Source: Octopus vulgaris
Lineage: Eukaryota
DNA length: 64,000 nucleotides
Assembly (NCBI GenBank): GCA_951406725.2
Contig: OX597814.1
Location: forward strand, 184,202,001 to 184,266,000
Direction of reading: 5' to 3'
Below, piece after piece: positions 43,983 through 56,429 of this stretch; position 1 is the first letter of the stretch; every line of letters begins with the position of its first letter. The notes under the pieces are model-generated. The model was not told the DNA's origin and made no database searches. It saw only the letters and a list, made by a program, of their open reading frames with translations. Both the position numbers and the translations under genes were made by a program.

Positions 43983-44480
43983 TGTCATTAAAAAGTTGAT
44001 GCTAGTGTCATTAAAAAGTTGACGCTAATGTCATTAAAAGGTTGACGATGTGAAGCACATTAAAAGTATTAACTGTATAAAATATTTTACTGACTCTTTC
44101 TAACAAAACACTAAAATATTTTGATGTTGTTAAACCCGTTTATTATTTTAACAAAAGGTATCTATGACGTTGACAAACTGTAACTTATGACACTCGTGCA
44201 GAATCATAAAATGTCTTACTGACCAAATGTTATAAAATATCTTAGTGAGTCAATATTGTAAAACGGCTGCATCGATAAAACATTTTCCTGTCAAATACTG
44301 TAAGACAATTCCCTGAATTACAAAATAACTTCTAGTAAATTGTCTTACAGAATTAGTGTCGTAAAATATTTTCCTATAGTTATTGTCATAAAATTACTTA
44401 CTGTGGTAGAGAAATGTTTGATTACAGATGTTATAAAATACTTGAGTGTAATAAAACATCTTAAACGCTTAATGCATTAA
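43983..44480. repeat. 23-bp tandem repeat (about 3 units) grading into a degenerate minisatellite
   Basis: TGTCATTAAAAAGTTGA(T/C)GCTA(G/A) x2.8; then recurring (TG)T.(A/G)TAAAATA(T/C)(T/C)TT.CTG-like units. Confidence 0.6.
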
Positions 44481-45507
44481 TATAATGAAACATCTCTCCC
44501 TTTGTCTCCAGACTTCTATATGAATGTAGTGTTTTGGGTATTTTTACTCTGTCATGTTAAATGTAAATATATATTCAGTTATTGTAGTCTGTAATCTAGT
44601 GACTGTTAAATACATCGACGACTCAATGAATAAGTTTAAATAATAATGTTTAAATAAAAGCATCACCGGAATTAATACTATTCTGCTTAACGCTGAGGAA
44701 ACCACATATTATTCATTGTTTCATTAAACATTTTTTAATGTAATTAACATTTTATATAGGTTTCTACCTCTAACATAAAAAATGTGGAAACACCATAAAA
44801 ATACTTCATCCCTCATGGGTGTTGTCTGACTGTCTCATAATGAATATAAAAAACGATTAGGTTTTCGTTTTCTTAAAAGTGTTTCATCACTTTGTGAATA
44901 CCACGTGAATCATGTTATTGGTTTTGAGAATTACTTTACAATGAGCGTGAAGTGACAAGAAGAGGCTAAAAAAAATTCTGCTGTATTTGAAGAAGGTAAA
45001 AGCCTGCAAAAAATTATTGTATAAAGGAAAAAAATGGGTGAATTAGCTATCACAGAGTGCGCTTAAAAAAAAGGAGTAAATACCTTTTTAAATTGCGGCT
45101 CAGACAAATTCGTCGCGAAATCATTTAGATCAATGTTTCTTGTTACAAGCTCTTAATAATTTGCAAAATGTTATGTTGTTTGTCGGGAGAGAGAAAAAAA
45201 GTGGAAAGAAAAAGAGGAACAAGCAAGGAAAAAAACGAAAAGCTGATGTAAAGAATATAGGGGGCAGAAAAAAATAAGAGAATGAATGGGGAAAAAAATC
45301 TTTCAAAAATAAAGGTTTTAAGAAAAGTGATAGAAAAAAAATATTAAAGAAATGAGAACGAGAGAAAGGAAGAAAGAGAGGCTGGCAAATATGAAAATAC
45401 GTTGTTGTTCCTACTACTTTCTACGTTTTCAACGTTAGGAGTCCTATATCAGCAGGGACCAAGAAAATCTGAGGTTTTTCAACAATGATAATTTCACTGC
45501 TTTTTTC

Positions 45508-45661
45508 AGGTAAAGTCTATGTAGGATTTGCTTCCTTACCTTATGACTCCTGGTTCAGTCCCAGTACGTGGCACTTTGGGCAAGTGTCTTCTAGTATAGC
45601 CTCGGGCTGACCCAAAGCCTTGTCAATGGATTTGATAGACGGAAACTCAAAGATGCCTATC

Positions 45662-45702
<41 letters not shown>

Positions 45703-46318
45703 AGTAGTTGAATGAATTATCTTATTAAGGATAATTCGAAAGATAACCGATACCTGGGTAGCAAATTCACATCAGAAAGAACACGGTTGAAGTTACGTCC
45801 CTAGGGCATAGACTACGTGCTTTCGTGCGGAGATTTTTATGTTTATTTTTAAAATATAAGTTTATGAAAGAATGGAGTTGAACGACTTGTTAACAAATTT
45901 CCTTTATTTTCGACATATGTTTCGAAGGCTGCATATTCCTAATTCTGAAGGAATAAGGAGTACATTATGCAGATTTCTCATCAGGAAAGGCAAGGAACTT
46001 ATGTCGACATCAAAATGCACAAAAAACTTTTAGCTGACTGCTCTCAAGGAGCCCATGGCGATAATGAGTGTCTGTTTATATGTATAAATTTGTGTGTGTG
46101 CTTGTGTATTTGTTTTTCCCCCAATACCGCTTGACAACCGGTGCTGGTGTATTTACGTCTCCATAACATAGCACTTCGGTAAAAAATACCGATAGAATAA
46201 GTACGTCTTTATAAAAAAAATAATAAGTACTGGGGCCTATAAGTTCGACTAAAATTCTTTAAGCGGTGCCCCACTATGGCTGCAATTTAATGACTAAAAC
46301 AAATAAAAGGTAAAAGAT
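45508..46318 (+). mobile_element. SINE family B split by an insert of about 375 bp (45700-46075) in its TA linker
   Basis: 5' half 45508-45665; 3' half about 46090-46318. Confidence 0.85.
45908..45988 (-). ncRNA. Type I hammerhead ribozyme motif, complete core
   Basis: Minus strand: UUUC/GAAA stem I; CUGAUGA; GAA-au-CUGCAUA/UAUGCAG-cc-UUC; GAAA; palindromic ACAUAUGU; GUC. Confidence 0.85.
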
Positions 46319-46539
46319 ACTTCTTTGCTTCGTAGTAAGTTGTCATTTCAGAGATCTTTACTTCCTATTTCTAGCTGGTCATATGACTGCATAGAGTCTA
46401 TCTCATTAGCAAGTAAACGTTGTCACAATTTTTAGTGTTTTAATAAAATTGTAATATTTCAGACGTCTTTTCATCCTTGGAGATATGAAATAGATCGGTA
46501 TGCATTCATCTGCTTTACATTCCTTTCAGTTTAATCATA

Positions 46540-47145
46540 TATCCTTTTCCACTTTAGGTACCAGGTCCGAAGTTCTTGGGGTGGAGGCCAGTCGATTAGA
46601 CCGACCCAAGTACGCAAGTGTACTTAATTTATCGACCCCGAAAGGATGAAAGGCAAAGTCAACTTCGGCGGAATTTGAACTCAGAGCATAATGAAAGACG
46701 AAATATCGCGAAGCATTTTGCCCGGCGTGCTAACGTTTATGTCTTTCTTGCCCACAAGGGGCTAAACATAGAGGGGACAAACAAAGACAGACAAAGGGAT
46801 TAAATCTATTATATCGACCCCAGTGCGTAACTTGTACTTATTTAATCGACCCTGAAAAGATGAAAGGCAAAGTCGACCTCGGCGGAATTTGAACCCAGAA
46901 CGTAGCGGCAGACGAAATACCTATTTCTTTCCTGCCCACAAGGGGCTAGACACAGAGAGGACAAACAAGGACAGACAAACGGACTAAGTCGATTACATCG
47001 ACCCCAGTGCGTAACCGGTACTTATGTAATCGACCCCGAAAGGCAAAGTTGACCTCAGCGGAATTTGAACTCAGAACGTAACGGCAGACGAAATACGGCT
47101 ACGCATTTCGCCCGGCGTGCTAACGTTTCTGCCAGCTCGCCGCCT
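46540..47145 (-). mobile_element. SINE family A multimer (3 units)
   Basis: Three copies of the core; head GCCAGCTCGCCGCC ends near 47144. Confidence 0.9.
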
Positions 47146-47288
47146 TAATTTAATCATACATTGCCATGATACACGTTCTTTGTGGAAGTGTACCAGCACT
47201 AGACCTGATTCGAACTTGGAACATTACTATTAAACTAAGAGTAAGCACGATTTCTTTTTTATCAAAAAGTCAATGTCACATTAATCTA

Positions 47289-47705
47289 GGATCATTTCGG
47301 TTTGAACGGCAGTTTTTTTCTAGCGGTGTCATATGAAATTGTCCCCCATAATTATGACCGTAGAATCGATCCATTGCATTTCAATCTCTTTTAAGGTTAG
47401 TGTTAGGGGTGGGGGAAGGGTATATATTTTTTTCTTCACAAATGTAAATAAACCCAATCTGTTTCTTAAACGAGGGACATATTCATACGGCACAGAATGC
47501 TTTTTAACTCAATAGCCGTGAGTGATTGGTTGAAATTGCAGAAATTGAAGAAAAAAACAACAAATATCTTACAAACTATAGAATTTTCTCAGTAAAGCCA
47601 AGAGAAAAAGATTTTTATAAACACATTCTACCAGTATACGAAGTTTAACATTTTTTAGTTACCTAGAAATTGTGTTAAAAACTGCCGTTCAAACCGAAAA
47701 GATTC
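47289..47705. mobile_element. Non-autonomous DNA transposon (MITE), TIRs of about 29 bp, 8-bp TSD
   Basis: GGATCATTTCGGTTTGAACGGCAGTTTTT / AAAAACTGCCGTTCAAACCGAAAAGATTC; TTAATCTA on both flanks (47281-47288, 47706-47713). Confidence 0.9.
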
Positions 47706-49959
47706 TTAATCTACCCTACATAATTCAGTGTATCTTTAAATTTTCCAAGACGTAGAATTTACTTTGACAAAGGTTTGTTTGTCTACTATTTCTACTAGAT
47801 TGTTAAAGTCGATTTATTTGTTTACACGAAGCAATTATATATATTTGAAAATATTGCAATGGCATTAATGAACAGATGCTGTTGTCTATTTAAGAATTTT
47901 TGCAGAACGAATAAATATATTCCTCATAGTGTGCTGGGTGGGTGGGAGGTCTCTGTAATACGAGCTAACACAACATACGAGCCAATCAGCGAGCGTCTAT
48001 GTGGTGCTTCATCTGCTAGAAATTGCAGTAAATATCCCTTCAACCCAAACACTACCAGTTTGAAAAGAGAAGTTTCCGAAGACGCTCTGTTGTATTACTA
48101 TAAGGATTGGGTCACTAGTAATTCATACTGTACTAATAAAAAAACGATACACCAACCTAGAAGTATCACTACTTGGAAGGAATCCACAACAATCCAAAAG
48201 GTTGTTGATAAAATATTTTCAAAGCTATTTTGTTTATGAAATTCTGAGAATCATAGCGGAATCCAGCCAGCACAAACTTTACTGAAGCTAAACAAACGTG
48301 AGTGTATTTCGAATCTATAGTTATCCGTCTGTTTAACAAGACCCTGTCACGCGCTCGTTCAATGTTATCATAATCATAGAACGTTGTCGAGTGTCCAGCT
48401 CCTTGATGTGTGACACTTACACATGCTATTTTGACCTTTCCAACCCATTCGTGTATAGCATGATTTGCTGTATATAAATACAGTACTTATACAAAGATAT
48501 ATGGAATGCGAATCATATAAACAACACCATGGATATTTTAGGAGACAACCAAACACTGTCTGAGATACTGTACGCGATGGAATTTCAAAGAGAGAATCTT
48601 CAGCGAAAATCCAAGCAGCTGGGTGGTTTAAAAGAAGGTTGGTAACAGGAAGAAATAAGAAAGCGGAAAATAAAGTCAGAGACTAGAAAAGGAGATGTAG
48701 AGGAATTAATAATTAAAGAGCGAGACGGTAGTTAGGAAGAAGACCAATACAGAGGAAGGATATAAGGAATGTATATATAAAAGCATATACGAATTTCAAA
48801 AACTGTATAACAAGTTTATAAGTAAGACTGTAGAGAAGTCAAGAAACATGCGAGAGACAGGAAAATAGAAAAGAAAATATCATATTGATATTTAGCTACA
48901 TTTTCAAACTACATTGCAACCAACATAAGTTGTTAGGTGGTGCATTGAACTGAGGGCGAGACCCCTATCAAAGCTGATAAGCTTTCCTACACATCTCTGT
49001 GTTTCTTCGGGAGTATGTAGTGGAAAGTTGGAATCAATTTGGTACCCGTTATGTTAACTGAATCATTTAAGTAGCTTGTCTAGACACGCAGTAAAAAAAC
49101 AAAATCTAGGTACTTCGGTTAGCAACAAACGTCTATATATTCGATTTTATTTTTATATGGACAGAAAACATAAAAACTGTTATATGTCCGAGTTAATAAG
49201 AGCATTGAACTATTAACCGAGCAGTCACAATTTATTAGCACTAGTGTCTGGGAGAGACATATAACTCACCATGGCTGTAAATAGGTGTAAGTAGCCATTC
49301 AGGTTCACCTCTCACCCCAAATTTGGAGTATCTTAAAGTGGATAGATCTACTGTCAGGTTCCAAAAATGTACTGAAGTCGAACGATTTATCAGAATTTCT
49401 GCAATCTGGGGATGCTCATGAAGTTACTTTCGGTGCTACATGAGTTCTTTGTTTATCTTCTGAGTAAAAATACCAATTTAACTGAAGTAATATTTTACTG
49501 GTATTAAATATAATGTATTACTGATATTCTTTATATTTTAGTGATACTAAAACGACGAAGTACCGTCTTCATCCAGTCAAGAATAGTTTATCATCTTACA
49601 ATTGCAGCTGCCACGAAAGTATTATATAATTATAAAATATATTACATCTTTACATTACTGTTATAATGTAGATTCTCGTCCACTTGTATGTTATTGTCGG
49701 CACTGTAATATTCTTGTCACCACTATTATGTTGTGGCGGTATTCCACGTCTTATCTTTGACTGGTCTGTCGTGCTATCGCAATAGAATGACTTTGAAATG
49801 TCAACCTTAACGGTAACTCGAACTCTTATATATCACGTAACTGACACTAACTCCAACTGAGAAATCGTTCAACGACTCCGCTACTACCGACCTGTTTCTT
49901 TATCATAGCCATAAGTGCTCAACATAGAGGTGGACAAACAAGAACAGACAGGACAACAC

Positions 49960-51645
49960 AGAGAACTATTATGAATGAAATGGTTATATAACAATGAAAT
50001 TATGAATGACTGCATGCGCCCCTTATCACATGCAGTACCATTAATCTTGTTTACAATAAATTATTATCGGATTTTTAACTAACAAATAACTAACATTTAA
50101 CATTCTATTGCAAGTCACTAATCTGTGTATTATCCGGTGGGCCACATCGGATTAGCGACGCATTGTCTTTCCAATAAAACAGTCTTATTACTCGCCATCC
50201 ACTGACTGAGGGCCATCTGAAGGACAGTCCCTTATTAGCGGTATCACGTCATCTCAGTCTATCACCGGATCCACCCTTTCGAACTCGACCTCAAACTGCA
50301 CCACTTTCATGTCGCACCCTCCTTTCAACTCCTCATAGCAATTCGGCTCTATTATTATTGCTCTTATCTTATCCTTGCCAAAATCCTTAGGCAATTTTAC
50401 CCGTATTACCGACCTCATTTTCAGGATCTCCGCCTCCGTATGTATACTCTTCTGGTACTCTACATTATAACGTCTCTTTCTCTTCCAATTCTCAGCCCCC
50501 CCCCTTCATTCCTTTGTTATTCAACCCTCTTGAACCTCACCTCGGGAAAAGAAGCTTCCTCTTCTTTTCTTCTTGTCACCATTTCTTCTCCGTTACCTCC
50601 CATCGCCTCCTTTTCCTTTCCAATCTCTCCGGTGGAGAACCCCTCCTACCCTTTCCTTTCTTCGGCTTCACCTTCACGAACTCCTCTGTATCCACTGTTT
50701 CAATCCTCTCTCCACGCTCCACCACGTCTGCCTCTCTCTCAGCGCCAAACCTTCCCTTTCTTTGCTTTGAGGGCAATCCGCATTTTGTGTCCTATTTCGC
50801 TACACAGAAAACATTTCAAAGGCCTGCCCTCAACCGCCACACTCAGCTTGGTTCCTTTGGGCAGTACTACTTCTTCAATTATGGAACTCCGATCCTCCAG
50901 AGTGGCTTGAATTTTCATTTCTAGTCTGCACCCCCAGATGTCTAACTTTTGAATTCTTGTTGCCTTTAATATTTTTGGGCTCCGCCTCATGTGGAACATG
51001 ACCGCCGACATAATCCACGTCTCATCGTATTCAGGTGGGATTTTACTCACCCTTACTCTCACCATTCTTTTCCCGCAGCAAATCTGTAGGAAAGCCCACT
51101 CGTCACTCCTAATCGCGTCCACTGCATGCCCCGCCGCTACCTTTTCAGACTTGAATCCGACTTCAACCACTCCGAACTTCCGACTTCTTGTGACAAAAGT
51201 CGTCAGGTGCTTAATGACTTCCAGTGTCCTTTCTATACTCTCAATCGTTGCGGTTTCGATCCTTCCTGTGGACAATCTTATAAAGAACCGTTCCTCTTTG
51301 TAAGCCTTCCAAAAATTCCCCTGGCCGTGCCGGTGAGAGTGCTGCTCCTTGTTTCGTTAACAGCCCTCCATATTCCTTTATTTTATCTGCTTCCACCCCC
51401 ACGTCCATCACTATTAACGAGGCAACATTGTTACTACCTGCTGCTGCATAGCCTTGGCTCGAGGTATTCCAATTCTCCATTATACCAATGAATCAAAAAC
51501 AACAGAAATATATTAACAACAGGCACACCCACGCAGGAAAAACCTTCAACAGTCAATTAACAATCAATCAACAATGCAGCTCACAAAAATTAACCCCAAC
51601 ACTCTCTGACGACTACCGATCCTCCTACAACGACTGACTGTCTGA
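49960..51645 (-). mobile_element. Retroelement carrying only an ORF1/gag-like gene (L1/Tx1-like, CCHC knuckle)
   Basis: Frameshifted reading frame about 51480 to 50188 with VRVRVSKIPPE..LSVAVEGRPLKCFLCSEIGH followed by a K/E/R-rich linker; no RT follows. Confidence 0.65.
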
Positions 51646-52120
51646 CTTTATAGTCACGTGAGAAGGGGAGTTCCATTTTTCATTACAACATCCCTTATAG
51701 TTTTTTTTTTCTTTTGGGAAAGCAAGTAATTTGATTTACTTTGTTCACCCCGCCTCCCTTTTTGAGTTTTTTTTCTCTTTTTCACATAAACTGTGGGAGC
51801 CGCCCACTTGGTTGGCCTTAACCACTTGAGCATGCGTCTCTGATCATGAGCTTGAGTAGGTGGGGAGCATCATAGCCATGTGTGGAGAGGAATTCTTTGG
51901 TGTTTGAATAAATATAAGAAAAGCAAATTTTGAAGGAAATATTAACCATTTTTCATAGTTTCTAGGGATATTAAAGTAGGAAATAAAAGTTACTACCTAA
52001 GGACAAAGATCGTGTTACACTCTGTTATTAGCGATCTGGTATAAAGCAATAAATTGAAGAACCAAGAAAAGCAGTTCTGCAATTTATAACTGAACAACCG
52101 GTACAGATGACTTGTTTATA

Positions 52121-52721
52121 GGCGCAGGTGTGGCTGTGTGGTGAGTAGCTTGCTTATCAACCACATGGTACCGGGTGCAGTTCCACAGCGTGGCACCTTG
52201 GGCAAGTAACTTCTACTATAGCCTCGGGCCGACCAAAGGCTTGTGAGTGGATTTGGTAGACGGAAACTGAAAGAAGCCTTCAAAGAATACCAGATAAGCC
52301 ACCCATAATTGGATACAACTCACCCAACAAGAACTCACTACTTGAACAAAACTGGATACAACTCACTCAACAAGAACTCACTACTTGAACAAAACTTGAC
52401 TTAAACAGGATTCGAATAATCCTATCAGGTGGTGCTATTAAGTTAGACATGGCCTGGACCAATCTCTGGTCGAAACATATCTAAGTTTATATATGTATAT
52501 ATATACATATATGTGTGTGTGCTTTGTGTTTGTCCTCGCTACATCACTTGACAACCGATGCTGGTGTGTTTACGTCCCCGTAACTTAGCGGTTCAGCAAA
52601 AGAGACCGATAGAATAAGTACTAGGCTTACAAAGAATAAGTGCTTGGGCCGATTTGATTCGACTAAAGGCGGTGCTCCAGCATGGCCGTAGTCAAATGCC
52701 TGAAACAAGTAAAAAAAAAAA
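52121..52721 (+). mobile_element. SINE family B interrupted by a LINE 3' end
   Basis: 5' half 52121-52279; 3' half about 52510-52721. Confidence 0.9.
52278..52487 (+). mobile_element. 5'-truncated 3' end of a LINE related to 19917-23558, with a 43-bp tandem duplication
   Basis: LQRIPDKPPIIGYNSPNKNSLLE vs LQEIPDK.PTPGYVSVNNNSLLE; CAGGTGGTGCTATTAAGTTAGACATGGCCTGG is identical to 23484-23515; duplication 52310-52352/52353-52395. Confidence 0.9.
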
Positions 52722-52960
52722 GTTCGTGCTGCACATTGGCTCACTGCCTTTATCAAAGCAACATTAGCTGTAGAGGAGTACGTTGAGCAACGTGTTTGAT
52801 GCCCAAGCCATCGCTGAGCAACATGAAAGGAAGTGTTTCGCTCAAGAAGACAGCGCACCACTCCGTCCGGGAATGAAACCCATAATCTCGCGCTCATGAA
52901 TGCAACATCCGTAGAGTTATGCACACTCTGAGACACATATAAGATATACAAGACACATAG

Positions 52961-53373
52961 GGCGGCGAGCTGGCAGAATCGTTAGCACGTCGGGCGAAAT
53001 GCCTAGCGGTATTTCGGCTGCCGTTGCGTTCTGAGTTCAAATCCCGCCGAGATCGACTTTGCCTTTTATCCTTTCGGGGTCGATAAATTAAGTACCAGTT
53101 ACACACTGGGGTCGATTTAATCGGCTTAATCCGTTTGTCTGTACTTGTTTGTCTCCTTTGTGTTTAGCCCTTGTGGGTAGTAAAGAAATAGGTATTTCGT
53201 CTGCCGTTACGTTCTGAGTTCAAATTCCGCCGAGGTCGACTTTGCCTTTCATCCTTTCGAGGTCGATAAATTAAGTACCAGTTACACACTGGGGTCGATG
53301 TAACCGACTTAATCTGCTTGTCTGTCCTTGTTTGTTTCCCCTGTGTTTAGCCCCTTGTGGGCAATAAAGAAAT
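52961..53373 (+). mobile_element. SINE family A dimer
   Basis: Head at 52961; second unit starts at 53192. Confidence 0.92.
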
Positions 53374-54199
53374 ATAAGATATACAAGACACAATCTTACT
53401 CGCACAATCCCAAGCACAATGCATACAGGAACGCACACGTACACATATTTACTTATTCCATAACTCAATAAAACTCGGAAACCATATGCGCTTGGACACG
53501 CACGCACACACACACACACACACTCACAACCTCCAACACGCCTGAATATATATCTTAATAACAAAACACTCATATAAATTCGCATGTTCATACAGAGTCA
53601 TACAACGAGTTTAGACGATGGTATGTATTTCTAACTTGGAGCTAATCGTTCCCACAGGCTTTGAGCCAATCTAGTCTGTCGCCTGCCAGCCTACATATAT
53701 TCTTCATAAACCAGGAGCGCTTCCTGACAGACTTATTAAGGTGTCATACAGACCTAACTAATGGCTGCCATCGCAAATTAAATTTAAGGCCGCCACAACA
53801 GGAAAGAAGAAACTAAAAACATGAAGAACTGACAACATCAACAACGACGACAACGATGACAAGAATAACAATTGTCAGAGTAGCAATAATAGCAGCAGCA
53901 ACAACAACAGCAGCAGCGACAGCAGTAACGGCAGCAGATGCAGCATCGACATCAGTCACAGCAGTATCAAGGGTAATAAGAGAAAATTGTAGAATCCCAT
54001 TAAAATACCTAAAATACGTTGCACTGTAAAGAAGTAGTGTTCAGTAATATGATCGTTTCGCCTCTCTCTCTCTCTCTCTCTCTTTCTCTTTCTCTGTCTC
54101 TCCTTCACCCTCTTCCTTTCTTTACTTACGCATAGACGTTCCTACCTACTTAAAGATATACACACACTGACACACGAACACAAATATCTGTATATAAAT

Positions 54200-54226
54200 A
54201 TGTGTATGTATATATATCTATATCTG

Positions 54227-54279
<53 letters not shown>

Positions 54280-54610
54280 GTAAATGTATGTATGTATCAA
54301 TCTATCTCTCTCTTTCTCTATCTGTCTTATTTCTTTATTGCCAACAAGGGGCTAAACATAGAAGGGGAAAACAAGCACAGACAAACGGATTAAGTCGATT
54401 ATATCGACCCCAGTGCGTAACTGGTACTTATTTAATCGACCCAGAAACGATGAAAGGCAAAGTCGACCTCGGCGGAATTTAAACTCAGAACGTAGCGGCA
54501 GACTAAATACCGCTAAGCATTTCGCTTGGAGTGCTAACGTTTCTGCCAGCTCGCTGCGTTCTCTGTCTGTCTGTCTGCCTGTCTGCCTGCCTGCATGCCT
54601 GCATGCCTGC

Positions 54611-54641
<31 letters not shown>

Positions 54642-54679
54642 GATTGATATATTGATGCATAAATAGAGAGATACGTATG

Positions 54680-54720
<41 letters not shown>
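54200..54720 (-). mobile_element. SINE family A monomer (54327-54556) embedded in (TCTA)n/(TCTG)n/(TA)n
   Basis: Reverse-complement core and head. Confidence 0.88.
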
Positions 54721-54723
<3 letters not shown>

Positions 54724-55357
54724 GTATGAGAGTATGTGATATAGAGAAATCGATGTCTTTTGTATATTTACGTAAGCATTCAGACGAGTTTAGATGAATC
54801 ACTTCTAATGATATCCTCTTTGAATAACATTAGTCGCCTCACACATACAAGTAGAAAGCACATAAACATATACACGTGGGGATCCAAATATCAACATACG
54901 ATCGATCCGAAGTTGACACTATCAGATAAGCCATTTACGCACGCATAAATTCATCCGTACATGCCTGCACACTTAGAGACGGCAGACTGGTGCATCCGAC
55001 AAGTAGAAAAACAAGGGACCTAACAGCGGAAGAGTTAAAAGGGAAATGAGAAAAGGTGGGAAGCAGAAACAGAATGAGAAAGCGGATGTAAAACTGAGGA
55101 GGAGTGTACACTTACATACTAATTATCTTTGAGATTTGGCAGCAGAAATGTCTAATTTTCTTCAGCCTGATTTTTCCCGACCATCCGAATTTTCTGTGTA
55201 TCATGTTTGTCTTTCCTCCTCGCTCTTGTATAACTCTCGTACTCTCTATAGCTCTCTTCTTTCTTTCTCACTCTGTGTGTGTGTCTGTGTGTAGAAAGAT
55301 GTTGCGAAGGATGGTCGTATCTATACGTGATATAATTCGGATTGCATTTTAAGGAAT

Positions 55358-55912
55358 TATTGGGTTGTCTGGAAAGTTATAGTAGCTTACCTTTCGACTT
55401 ATTTTAGAACATTGTTGAGTCCATAAAATAGGATTTGACTACACCTCCATTTAGAGCATAGTTTAAGCTATTTTTTGTTGGAAGAAGATTTATGTTCCTA
55501 TAAACTGTGTTCTGTAACCCTAAAAAATGGAAGATAAGAAAGTTCATTTTCGGCACTTGATGCTTTGGGAACCAGACAAAAATTGCTGCAGCTTGGCTGG
55601 AATGTGTTACCCCACCCTCCATATTCACCAGATATTGCTCCTTCAAATTTCCACTTATTCAGGTCTCTGCAGAATTGTCGCAATGGTAAAAATTTCAATT
55701 CTTTGGATGACGTAAAAAGATACCTTGGTGAATTATTTGCCATGAAACCACCTCAGTTCTGGGAAGAGGGTATTTTCAAGTTAAAGGAAAGATGGAGACG
55801 CATTGTGCAACAAAATGGTTCATATTTGGTTGATTAAAAATATAATGGCAAGTATTTATTGACCTCTTTCTTTCCTTTAAAAATCGGCACGAACTTTCCG
55901 GACAAACCAATA
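55358..55912 (+). mobile_element. Internally deleted mariner transposon
   Basis: TIRs TATTGGGTTGTCTGGAAAGTT / AACTTTCCGGACAAACCAATA with TA ends; N-terminus MEDKKVHFRHLML fused to C-terminus LGWNVLPHPPYSPDIAPSNFHLFRSLQN..GIFKLKERW. Confidence 0.92.
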
Positions 55913-56429
55913 TTTTGACCAGATACTTTATCAGTGGCAAAATTGTACAGAAATGCTTTTATTTTTGTTCTTTGTCCTTTCAACGAACATTCACCCTTGA
56001 TTTAATTTTTTATTCGTCCAATATATGATGAAAATCGATTGCGTGCGATATGAGATATTGATATCTATTCTTTCTCCATTCTTTCTCCAGCAATGCAAAT
56101 TCACTTGTATTTTAATGCTTATCCTATTGTTGCAATGGTTACAATTATAATTCTTAATTTAGTTATTATACTTGTAAACGCTACATCAGTAGAATACAGA
56201 TGTCTTCTTTATCTTGCATTTATTTATATCAGTCTTTTACATTCTCATACTCATAGAAATAAAACGTTCAAGATGAAAGCAATATTATTAATAATTTCAG
56301 ATGTTTAATATTGGGTGAATCAAGTGCAGAGCATCTGATTCAGTACGAACTGCTACGTGCTGAATAATAATCAATAAAGGAAAAGTTTACGATGATGATG
56401 ACGATGATGATGACAATGAAGATGATGAT

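Noticed and set aside
43983-44480. CRISPR-like repeat/spacer appearance
   Set aside because: Repeats are degenerate, the context is eukaryotic and there are no cas genes
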